A stretch of 64,000 nucleotides of DNA, from the NCBI GenBank assembly GCA_937928045.1, contig CALFWO010000005.1, forward strand, positions 162,726-226,725. The letters run 5' to 3'. A program made the translations under genes and the position numbers. Shown here piece after piece: positions 10,328 through 19,700 of the stretch; position 1 is the first letter of the stretch; every line of letters starts with the position of its first letter. Below the pieces are notes generated by a model that worked only from the letters and a program-made list of their open reading frames with translations, did no database searches and was not told the DNA's origin. Source of the stretch: an uncultured Saprospiraceae bacterium (GTDB lineage: Bacteria > Bacteroidota > Bacteroidia > Chitinophagales > Saprospiraceae).

Positions 10328-10636
10328 CTATTCTGGTTCATTAAAATTTCTAATTGCCGACAATACGGTCTGTATTCTTTCGTAGTTGATCGTGTAGTGT
10401 CTGAATTTCCCTTCTTTTTCGGTGTCTACTAGTCCGGCGCTTCTCAAGATTCTCAAGTGTTGAGAAGTGATGGATTGCTCAAGCTTAAGCGTATTATAAA
10501 TTTTGTTAACATTGATCGTATCATTCTGATCTATAAACTGTAATATTTTGAGCCTCAAAGGATGGGCTAATGCGCGCAAAATTTCACTGCCAAAATCTAA
10601 CTTATCCTGATGAATCAGGGTAGATGACTTTTTCAT
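10328..10636 (-). CDS. ArsR/SmtB-family transcriptional regulator (paralog 1)
   Basis: Winged-HTH (ALAHPLRLKILQFI…LEQSITSQHLRILRSAGLV…EGKFRHYTI). Confidence 0.8.
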   Translation of the reverse strand: MKKSSTLIHQDKLDFGSEILRALAHPLRLKILQFIDQNDTINVNKIYNTLKLEQSITSQHLRILRSAGLVDTEKEGKFRHYTINYERIQTVLSAIRNFNEPE

Positions 10637-10770
10637 AGTTATTCGTTTTCTTTTGAAGAACTGGTATAAAAATTCCGGTCAATTCGGGAGGTGGGATTAC
10701 AAAATGAAGCTTGGTGTGACTGTCACTTAGCGATCAAATATGAGAATTTTTATTATGAAAACAAAATATA

Positions 10771-10807
10771 TAAGTAAAAAGCCGTACGACCAATTGGTCG
10801 CACGGCT
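10771..10807 (-). terminator. rho-independent terminator of the ArsR paralog 2 gene
   Basis: On the minus strand GCCGTGCGACC-AATT-GGTCGTACGGC forms an 11-bp stem with one mismatch, followed by TTTTTAC. Confidence 0.55.
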
Positions 10808-10882
10808 AAGTAAATTTTCGGCTTATTTCTTAATGTTTTTTGAGTCGAAATTTTTAGGAGATAGAGAGAAGCATTTTTTTAA

Positions 10883-11248
10883 TTAAGCGGCAAGTTCTTC
10901 AACTAGTCTTGAGATTTGGCCCAATCTTGATTTGTCAATACCGTAGAAAATAAATTTTCCTTGTCTTTCGGTAATAACTACTCCTGCTCTTCTGAGAATA
11001 GCAAGATGTTGTGACGCCACTGATTGTTCTAATCTTAGTTTGATATAGATATCAGTAACTGTCATTTTATCATTTTCTTCTAAAAGGTCGATGATATTCT
11101 GACGTAATTTGTGATTTACAGCGCGGAGGACGAGAACAGCCTTTCTCAATTCTGCATAATCCAATTCGATATCAGTAGAACCCTTCCCTAGGACTACTGT
11201 TTCGTTTTTCTGCTTTCTCATATTTAGTATGTGTTTTTGATGAATCAA
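10883..11248 (-). CDS. ArsR/SmtB-family transcriptional regulator (paralog 2)
   Basis: Same fold signature as its neighbour (LRAVNHKLRQNIIDLL…LEQSVASQHLAILRRAGVV…QGKFIFYGI). The two share the LEQSxxSQHLxILRxAG…GKF core. Confidence 0.75.
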   Translation of the reverse strand: MIHQKHILNMRKQKNETVVLGKGSTDIELDYAELRKAVLVLRAVNHKLRQNIIDLLEENDKMTVTDIYIKLRLEQSVASQHLAILRRAGVVITERQGKFIFYGIDKSRLGQISRLVEELAA

Positions 11249-11407
11249 TACGGGACAAAAAGGCCAAAAACTATACCAAAGTGAAGGATAATAGTTTATC
11301 GTACTCTATAAAAGTACTGGAATTGAGAGAGATATAAAAATGAAAAAACAAACTTCGTTAATTCTATTAATATGAAAAAATAATATTTGTTGCGTAAATA
11401 GACGGTT

Positions 11408-12106
11408 TTATTTCCATATTGGTCTTGGAACTGTGATGTTTGGCGGTTTAAGATACAGTGGTTTGAAATAGGCCAAATCTGCAAATAGCTCTTTTTCATA
11501 GGATTGTAAGGCCAAAGTCGCTAGATGACTAGCCGAGCATCCAATATCCAATAGAATGACCCGATCATTGTCAATCAAGGCCTTGGCCTTTGTAGCCCCA
11601 TTGCCACCTAAAAAAAGTTTTCCTCGGTCAGGAATTTCGTTGGTTAGCAATTCTTTTGTTAAAATAATTGCTGCCGGATTTTGTGATCCCAAGGCATCAT
11701 TGTCATAAAGGGCTCCATACACTTCCAATCTGCGCGCATCGATCATTGGAAAAGATCGATCCTCCTCCTGAAATTGAGCGCCTAATGAATTAACCATAGC
11801 TTCACTTAACGCCTGCAGGGTATCTATAGCTATGAGCGGAATTTCTTGACCATAGCAGATTCCTTTCGCTGTAGCAGCTCCAACCCTAAGCGCAGTGTAT
11901 GATCCAGGTCCTTTACTTAATCCCACTGCATCCAATTCGGAAATATTCCAATTGGCCTTTTTCAATGCCTTTTGAATCAACAGCGTTAAATGCGTTGTAT
12001 GCGACATGGGATCAACCGCAGCTTCTAGTGCAACTATTTTTTCCCCATCCAATAATGCAACAGAGCAATCTGCAGTGGAGGTCTCTATCAATAATATTTT
12101 CGACAT
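11408..12106 (-). CDS. tsaB: tRNA threonylcarbamoyladenosine biosynthesis protein TsaB (YeaZ)
   Basis: MSKILLIETSTADCSVALLDGEKIV…GPGSYTALRVGAATAKGICYG is the Kae1/TsaB-family inactive-paralog signature. Confidence 0.85.
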   Translation of the reverse strand: MSKILLIETSTADCSVALLDGEKIVALEAAVDPMSHTTHLTLLIQKALKKANWNISELDAVGLSKGPGSYTALRVGAATAKGICYGQEIPLIAIDTLQALSEAMVNSLGAQFQEEDRSFPMIDARRLEVYGALYDNDALGSQNPAAIILTKELLTNEIPDRGKLFLGGNGATKAKALIDNDRVILLDIGCSASHLATLALQSYEKELFADLAYFKPLYLKPPNITVPRPIWK

Positions 12107-12275
12107 GTAATCTTATTCTGTCCACGAAAGTAAGGGCTTTTATCAATATGAGAAGTAAAAAAATGTCAATTGTTTTAAGGAACATTTCCATTTATTTTGG
12201 TGTTAAATTAGTGAACAGTTTTGTTTGGAAATAGTAGAAAAGAAATAGATATCTTCGCAATTAAAACCAAGAATT

Positions 12276-12791
12276 ATGCTCTCGAAAACAATGCAAGATG
12301 CGCTCAATGCGCAGGTACTGATAGAAGGTCAATCATCACAAGTATATTTAGCAATGGCCTCATGGGCTGAAATTCAGCCAGGAATAGATAATATAACTTC
12401 ATTTTTCTATAGACACAGTGACGAGGAGCGTGAACACATGCTTAAGTTGATTCATTTTATTAATGAAAGAGGAGGCTTTGCGGTGATTCCAAGTTTTGAG
12501 CAACCTCAATTAACCTTTCCTTCAATTTCTCACGCTTTTAAAACCTTATTGGAACATGAGATTATGGTTTCAGAGAGCATCAATAATTTGGTAGATATTG
12601 CGCTTAAAGAAAAAGATTATGCCACTCATAATTTCTTGCAATGGTATGTAGCTGAACAAATTGAAGAAGAAGCTTTGGCTCGTAATATTAACGACAAGTT
12701 GGAATTGATTGGGAATGAAAAATCTGGTTTGTATCTTTTGGACAGAGACATTTTAAATGTATCAGTCGGTGGTCCCACGCCACCTCAGTAA
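12276..12791 (+). CDS. ftnA: non-heme ferritin
   Basis: Ferritin-like four-helix-bundle signature (LNAQVLIEGQSSQVYLAMASWAE…HSDEEREHMLKLIHFINERGG…NFLQWYVAEQIEEE). Confidence 0.85.
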   Translation: MLSKTMQDALNAQVLIEGQSSQVYLAMASWAEIQPGIDNITSFFYRHSDEEREHMLKLIHFINERGGFAVIPSFEQPQLTFPSISHAFKTLLEHEIMVSESINNLVDIALKEKDYATHNFLQWYVAEQIEEEALARNINDKLELIGNEKSGLYLLDRDILNVSVGGPTPPQ

Positions 12792-13249
12792 GTTTGGACT
12801 TTACTTGTTCGAAAATTTCTTTGACCAATTCTTTTTGTTTGAAAATTATTCAACAACCTACACGACCGATAATTTGGGTTGCGACTGTTGAAGAAGAATA
12901 AAAAATTTTTATTGGGAAAAAGTGTCGAGAGCATTATTTTCCTTTAGCAGCAAATGCTTTCTCCGTACTTGAAATTGAATCTTTTTACAAAGTAAGAATG
13001 TTAGGAAAACTACCTTAAGTTGTTAGTAACTTAATTTAGACGAACTCAGTTTTTGTCCTACCTTTGTGTCGTTCACCATAGCTTTTACCGACATCTCCCT
13101 TTACTTAAAGGGTGCCCTGAAGGGCATTATGAAACACTTGCCGCCTATCCTGTTCATCAGATCTGGGCTAACTATTAATATATAGTTTACAATAAATAAA
13201 TCCCACGAAAGTATTTTTGTCAAATTATTTTAATCAAACAACTTAGAGT

Positions 13250-15844
13250 ATGAAAAATGTTTACTTATTCATTTTCATGATTTTTGCGGGCACAATCTGT
13301 GCGCAGAATGTCGTGACTGGTAAGATCATGGATGATGTTGATCCATTGATTGGAGCCACTGTAATTATTAAAGGAACGACCAATGGAACAATCACAGATT
13401 CTGATGGTAATTTCAAACTAACAACTGACGCTTCAAGCGGAATGTTGGTAGTATCATATGTAGGATATGAGACAATGAATCTTGCATTTGGAGCCGAGGC
13501 TGGTATGGACCTTGGAACAGTAGTCATGGGAACTTCTGCTTTTGGTTTAGGTGAAGTTGTAGTAACTGGAGTAATGGATATTGTTCAAGATAGAAGAACT
13601 CCTGTTGCAGTATCGACTATTACTGCTCAAGAAATTCAAGCAAAAGGAGGAAACGTTGAGTTTCCTGAATTAATGAAATCTACCCCCTCTATCTATGTAG
13701 CAAATCAATCTGGTGGATATGGAGACTCTGAAGTTTTCACTAGAGGATTTGACCAAACAAACACTGCGTTCTTATTAAATGGTCAACCGATTAACGGTAT
13801 GGAAGATGGAAAAATGTATTGGTCAAACTGGTCAGGAATGTCTGATGTTGCCAATGCGATTCAAGTTCAAAGAGGATTGGGTTCTTCTAAGTTGGCGATT
13901 TCTTCCGTTGGTGGAACGACGAACATCATTATGAAAGCTACTGAGCAAACAAAAGGTGGTTCTGTTGGATTTCTATATGGAAACGATAACTACATGAAAG
14001 CTACTGCAAGTTACAGTACTGGAATGTTAAATGACAAATTTGGAATTACAGTATTGGCTACTCACTGGCAAGGTGATGGATGGGCTGAAGGTACTCAAGG
14101 TCAAGGTCAAAACTATTTCTTATCTGCTGGATACAAGGTAAACGATCGAAATACAATAAACTTTTTGATTACTGGTGCACCGCAATGGCACGATCAAAAC
14201 TTCACGAAGAGTATTGCCTCTCATTTTGACGAAAATGGAGAAAATTTCAACATTAAGTATAACAACAACTGGGGACTAAGAAATGGTGAGTATCAAACGC
14301 TAAGAAGAAACTACTATCATAAGCCTGTTGCAAACTTGAACTGGGATTTTCAAATTAATGATAAATCAAAATTCTCTGCTGTTGCCTATGCTTCTTGGGG
14401 GCGTGGTGGAGGAACTGGAGATAGAGGAGACCGTTCCAACAGATTCTTTACCGACGATGGGTATTATGACTGGGATATGATCGAACAGGCTAACAGAGAT
14501 TCAATGGGATCTGCAGAATGGATTATTCGTGCTTCTGTAAATAACCACTCTTGGTATGGATCAGTTTTGAACTATGAAACTGAGCTTTCTGATAACTTGA
14601 CATTAAGTGTTGGTGGTGATCTAAGGACTTATTCAGGTTCTCACTTCCGTCAGGTGGTTGACCTTTTGGGCGCACCTTCATTTACTCAAAGAGGTTCGGC
14701 TAGATTCCCTGATGGCAGAGAAGTTTCTCAAACATTCGAAGCTAATCCATGGTCTGCATTATCAAATTATGCAGATTTAGATCAGCAAATTCACTACTCA
14801 AATGATGAGACCATTAATTACGCTGGAGCTTTTGGTCAATTAGAATTTAACAACGAAAAGGTAAGTGCTTACTTCCAAGGTGCGCTTTCTAATCAATCTC
14901 ACATTAGATTTGAGAAGAGAAATGAAGTTGAGGCTACTGAAGCTTCAGAAAAAGTTAATAACCTAGGGTACAATGTAAAGGGTGGTGCAAGTTATTCATT
15001 TGATGAAAGTAACATCGGATTTATAAATGCTGGTTATTACCAGAGACAACCTTTCCATGATAATATTTACTTGAACTTTGGAAATACTGTTAACCCAGTA
15101 ACTGTTCCTGAAAAGATTTTAGGATTAGAAGCTGGATACAAATTCACGAACCAAAATTTTGCTGCTAATGTGAACCTTTACCGTACTTCATGGAAAGATA
15201 GAGCAACGACTAGAACCTTAGATCCAGATTCTCCGCTTCCAAACGGTGATACTTTGAATTCTGAAGGATTTAGAAATACTTTGCAGAATCAATTGCATCA
15301 AGGAGTTGAGTTAGATTTCTCTTACAAAGTTATGAGAGATTTAAGAATTAAAGGTTATGCTTCTGTTGGAGATTGGGCTTATGAGGGAACTTTAGACAGC
15401 CGTTTTTACAATGAAGACAGAGAATTGGTTTTAGAAAGTGAAGGTGATGATGTAGATGGTGTTAAAGTTGGTGGTGCAGCTCAGACTTCATTTGGTCTTG
15501 GAGTTGATTATAACATTACCAAAGACTTGAGAATTGATTTAGACTATAACTACTATGCTAATCTATACTCTAATATTGGAGTTGGCACGGAATCATTGCA
15601 GTTACCTTCTTACGGAATTCTTGATTTGGGAGCTTCTTACAACTTCAAATTGGCAAACAATCAATTGTTGACATTAAGAGCGAATGTATTTAACCTAACA
15701 GGTACTCAATACATTTCAAGAGCATTCGATGCAATTGAAGCTGATGCAGATGATGCAAATAACTGGAACGGAATTAATAGAGCTAATCGTGTTTCTTTTG
15801 GAAAGACGACAACTTGGAACGTTTCGGCGAAGTACTCATTCTAA
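13250..15844 (+). CDS. TonB-dependent outer-membrane receptor (CarboxypepD_reg-like N-domain + plug + beta-barrel)
   Basis: Signal peptide. Carboxypeptidase-regulatory-like domain (VVTGKIMDDVDPLIGATVIIKGTTNGTITDSDGNFKL). Plug domain. 864 aa ending in the aromatic …KYSF. Confidence 0.85.
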   Translation: MKNVYLFIFMIFAGTICAQNVVTGKIMDDVDPLIGATVIIKGTTNGTITDSDGNFKLTTDASSGMLVVSYVGYETMNLAFGAEAGMDLGTVVMGTSAFGLGEVVVTGVMDIVQDRRTPVAVSTITAQEIQAKGGNVEFPELMKSTPSIYVANQSGGYGDSEVFTRGFDQTNTAFLLNGQPINGMEDGKMYWSNWSGMSDVANAIQVQRGLGSSKLAISSVGGTTNIIMKATEQTKGGSVGFLYGNDNYMKATASYSTGMLNDKFGITVLATHWQGDGWAEGTQGQGQNYFLSAGYKVNDRNTINFLITGAPQWHDQNFTKSIASHFDENGENFNIKYNNNWGLRNGEYQTLRRNYYHKPVANLNWDFQINDKSKFSAVAYASWGRGGGTGDRGDRSNRFFTDDGYYDWDMIEQANRDSMGSAEWIIRASVNNHSWYGSVLNYETELSDNLTLSVGGDLRTYSGSHFRQVVDLLGAPSFTQRGSARFPDGREVSQTFEANPWSALSNYADLDQQIHYSNDETINYAGAFGQLEFNNEKVSAYFQGALSNQSHIRFEKRNEVEATEASEKVNNLGYNVKGGASYSFDESNIGFINAGYYQRQPFHDNIYLNFGNTVNPVTVPEKILGLEAGYKFTNQNFAANVNLYRTSWKDRATTRTLDPDSPLPNGDTLNSEGFRNTLQNQLHQGVELDFSYKVMRDLRIKGYASVGDWAYEGTLDSRFYNEDRELVLESEGDDVDGVKVGGAAQTSFGLGVDYNITKDLRIDLDYNYYANLYSNIGVGTESLQLPSYGILDLGASYNFKLANNQLLTLRANVFNLTGTQYISRAFDAIEADADDANNWNGINRANRVSFGKTTTWNVSAKYSF

Positions 15845-15911
15845 ATTTATTTAGCTAGAATTAAAAAAGGGGATACTCCATTGGAGCATCCCCTTTTCTT
15901 ATGGGGCAATA

Positions 15912-16184
15912 TCAATCCCATAATTCATCTTGGATGTTTGCCTCTTTATTTTTTGGGACAATATCAAAGTCCGTGGTCAATATTTCATGTACTGGTTTTA
16001 AAACCAGAATCATAACAATTGCTAAGCTGAGGATTAGGGCTACAGCTCCTTGAATAACTCCTAGAATAAAGGAACCAAAAACCAATATCAATAGTGCCCA
16101 AGTAACGATTTGCCAATACTGGTTATAGATCGTTTTTCGGAAGTTTAATATTGAACTTAAGGGTTTGATATAATTTGAATGCAT
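15912..16184 (-). CDS. small 2-TM membrane protein (paralog pair member)
   Basis: 90 aa with two hydrophobic helices. Shares NYWQ…KP(V/I)…LLxTD motifs with the adjacent ORF. Confidence 0.45.
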   Translation of the reverse strand: MHSNYIKPLSSILNFRKTIYNQYWQIVTWALLILVFGSFILGVIQGAVALILSLAIVMILVLKPVHEILTTDFDIVPKNKEANIQDELWD

Positions 16185-16202
16185 GTCAAAAAAATGAAGT
16201 TT

Positions 16203-16466
16203 TTAGTGTTTCCAAAAAGTAAGTCCTTCTAAATCTACTTTATAGTCAGTATTCAATAAATCATAAATAGGCTTACCTATCATGGCTATGATAATCGTGC
16301 AAGTAAAAAGTATAGTTGCGGAGCCAGTCATCAAATTTAAAATGTAACCTGCGACAACTAAGAATAAGACAGTCGTTAAGCCCACTTGCCAATAGTTAAT
16401 TCGCAAAGCTTTTTTTTCAGTATCATTTGAAAGACTAATAGTAGGAAGTGAAATTCTAGAATTCAT
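16203..16466 (-). CDS. small 2-TM membrane protein (paralog pair member)
   Basis: 87 aa. Same architecture and motifs (INYWQVGL…GKPIYDLLNTDYKVD) as 15912-16184. Confidence 0.45.
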   Translation of the reverse strand: MNSRISLPTISLSNDTEKKALRINYWQVGLTTVLFLVVAGYILNLMTGSATILFTCTIIIAMIGKPIYDLLNTDYKVDLEGLTFWKH

Positions 16467-16553
16467 GATGTTCGTATTTTAAGGTTTTTTGTAAATATTG
16501 TTTTCGACTTTTTGTCTGATACAAAGAAAGGGGCATTATCCAGTTTGGGGTAC

Positions 16554-16590
16554 ACCCACATGGGTGAAAGCTACTCACCCATATGGGTGA
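16554..16590. promoter_or_regulatory. two near-identical palindromes CACCCA-N2-TGGGTG, 23 bp apart
   Basis: cacccaCAtgggtg at 16554-16567 and cacccaTAtgggtg at 16577-16590 (the latter a perfect palindrome). They lie ~90-125 bp upstream of the minus-strand small membrane gene and downstream of the giant gene stop. Confidence 0.3.
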
Positions 16591-16737
16591 TTTTGAGCTT
16601 AGTAGATTTCAAAGGAATTGATCATATAAAGAAAGGTTTCGGTTTTCTTAGGTCTAAATATTTTCATATTTAGTCAAAAAAAGGGCCGTCAAAAAATGAC
16701 GACCCATTCTAGTTTCTCAAATTAGTAAGTACAGGAT

Positions 16738-19700
16738 TTATTCTGTTTTTAAAAACATTTTGCTGAATTCCAACCCTAAGTCTCGGCTAACTAGAAAATA
16801 ATTTCCAGGCGGCAAATATCCAATATCTATCTTGGTACTTATTTGTCCTTTCTCTTTATTAGTGCGATGTCTTAGTAGTGTCTGCCCCATTATATCTATG
16901 ATTAAAAATTCCGGATTATTTCTTGGACTCTCGCAAATAACATGCAAACTAGCATTATCGCCCTGTACCGGATTGGGATAAATTTCAATACTACTTCTTG
17001 GTTCTTCGCAGTCAAACAAAACACTTGCTATCTTGGAATAGGCAATGGAACCATCCTGATCAACCATCTTCAATCGGTAGTAGGAATTTCCATTAATTGC
17101 ATGATCATTCCAAGAATATGATGCTCCGCTAATGGCTCCTTTTGAATCAATAATATCAGTAGGATTAAAGTTTATTCCATCTCTACTTTTTTCTATTATA
17201 AAATGATTGAAGTTTTCTTCAGAGCTGGTGAACCACTCAAGTGTCGCTTCACAATCTTTTTCATTTGCTGTGAATTCGCTTAATTCGGTAGGTAAAACCG
17301 CTGACATGGCTATGACTGCTGTTCCTCCCGAAAAGCCAGGTAAACCTTCAAATCCAATATAGTTTTTTCCATTTCCTGAGACCGTTGTATCAATAGCCGC
17401 TTCTCCTGAAGCCATATTTACTGATGCAGTAGCTAAACCAGATATGTCAACCATATTGGGAATGCTGTCTGCAGTAATGTCAGAAGGATTAAAACTAATA
17501 TTTCCTCCTTGGTCAGCCTTAAACCATTTTAACTGAGGGTTACCATAGCCCACCAAACCATTTGACTCATCCATCAAGGCAACAAATTCTGCAGGATCAA
17601 AATAGTATTTGATATCAAACATTGCATTTGGTTCTGCCTCCCTTTTAAATACTACGTGCCAATCTCTTGCCATCACTAATAGTGCGTTATTACCATTGTA
17701 TACAATTCGATCTGAAACGTCTGCATCTAATCTTAATTCAATGTAATCAACTAATTCGTTGATTGGTATTGTTCCTAGATTACTTTCATTGTATTTTATC
17801 GCAAACAAAATATTCGTAGGTTCCAAAGGATTGTAATAATAAAACCATCCCTCGTTAGAGCAATAGGTTGTAGCTCTTATTGCACCGGTGTTGGCATTCG
17901 CTTCATGCTTTCCAGATGCAGAATTGTATGAATAACTAACTAATGAACCTCCCATTTCTGATATCGCGTAGTAGGCTGACTGCGTACCACATTCGATCAA
18001 TTGATCTCTGTAATCCGGTTGATTTAAATTGTCCCCTCCATTTTCAGGAAGCAGTAGTAATAAATTATCAGAGAAAAGCGTTCCGGCATCTATTCCATTA
18101 TTACCATTGATATCTTCTGCTGGATTACCTTCCCAAGAAAATATAGAAGGGTCGTTATCTGAATTATCGTAGATGTCGAGTAAGCCGTCACCATCAGCAT
18201 CATCTCCGGATGGATCAGAGATGTTATCAGCTCGGGAATCCCCATCATATAATCCATCCCATGCTTCCTGCCAGTCAGTAATGTTGTCGTTATCTGAATC
18301 TGTGTCTAAGTAGTCTGGTTGATCTTCAGTATCATGATTGTAAGGATCAAAACCATTTGATGTGACTAACGGAGAATCTTTATCGAAGGCGTTGTCGATT
18401 CCATCATTATCATCATCCATCCCTATAGCAGCTAGAAAATTTCCGGTCTCTTGGGCTTCATAGATATCATAGATTCCATCATTATCGGAATCCACATCAA
18501 GAAAATCTAAGACATCGTCTTCGTCACTATCACCAGTACCTGATATTGAAGAATATTCTGGGCGTGTATTAAGATCTGCGGGATCATCTTCAGTAGCTAC
18601 AAAGTATGGATTTCCTCCATCTGCAGGATCAAGTCCATTACTGTATCCATTTGTTCCGACTGGATCTGAAATCATTCCGTCATTATTTGAATCAGTTCCT
18701 CCTGCTTCAATAATATCTAAAATTCCATCGTCATCAGCGTCTAAGTCTAAATGAGCTGGTAGCCCATCTCCGTCAGGGCTACAATTTCCAATACAAATTT
18801 CTATAGGTGTTCCATCACCGCTATCAGCACCAGTTAGGTAATGAGGGATTCCTTCATTGCTTCCAGCATTTGATTCATTAGATGGGTCATAAAGATCAAC
18901 CAGACCATCAGTATCACTATCCGTCAGGTTATCTACTATTCCGTTTCCATCGGCATCCACTCCTCCCAATTCTAATAAATCAGGAATACCATCATTGTCG
19001 GCATCTAAATCAAGAAAATCGGGAACCAAGTCATTATCTGTATCTGCAATAACCAGGGAAGTACCTTCATTAACCCCAGGATTTAGTGCATTTGCATCGT
19101 CATAAAGATCGACTAGACCATCATTATCGCTATCTGTTAAAGAATCGACCAGACCATCTGCATTGACATCAGTTCCACCTGCCTCTATTAGATCCGGAAT
19201 ACCATCGTTGTCTGAATCTAAATCTAGATAATCATAGTAACCATCGCCGTCAGAGTCTTTGATAGTGTAAGGGTAGTCGGCATCCAAATAGTTTGGAGTA
19301 CCATCACCGTCCAAGTCAAAGTCCGGGTCTGGAATCCCATTGCTACAATCCCAGCCATTTACACCTTGAAATACAGCCATACAAAAATCAGGATCGATAT
19401 AATCTGGCGTTCCGTCATCATCATGATCTCCAGAAAATACTTCTTTTAAATCTGGTATTCCATCATTATCTTCATCTAAATCAGTCACTGGGTCCGGTAA
19501 AACTAACAGATAAGCTGTAGCCTGAGTGCATACTTCATTTGGCGATTCAAATTCCAATCCCCAAGAATTTAAAACTCCAACATCTCCTTCTGCATTGTCA
19601 GTAATGGTTAAGGTCCAAATTCCAGCGCTATTTTCTCCATCAAAAATTGAGAGCAAACCATTTAGAGCTTGGTAAATGCCTCCGCTGTTTAATTCGCTGC

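Noticed and set aside
12850-13249. Riboswitch upstream of the TonB-dependent receptor
   Set aside because: No recognisable conserved cores (B12 box, TPP CUGAGA, etc.) could be seen by eye. Left as unassigned leader.
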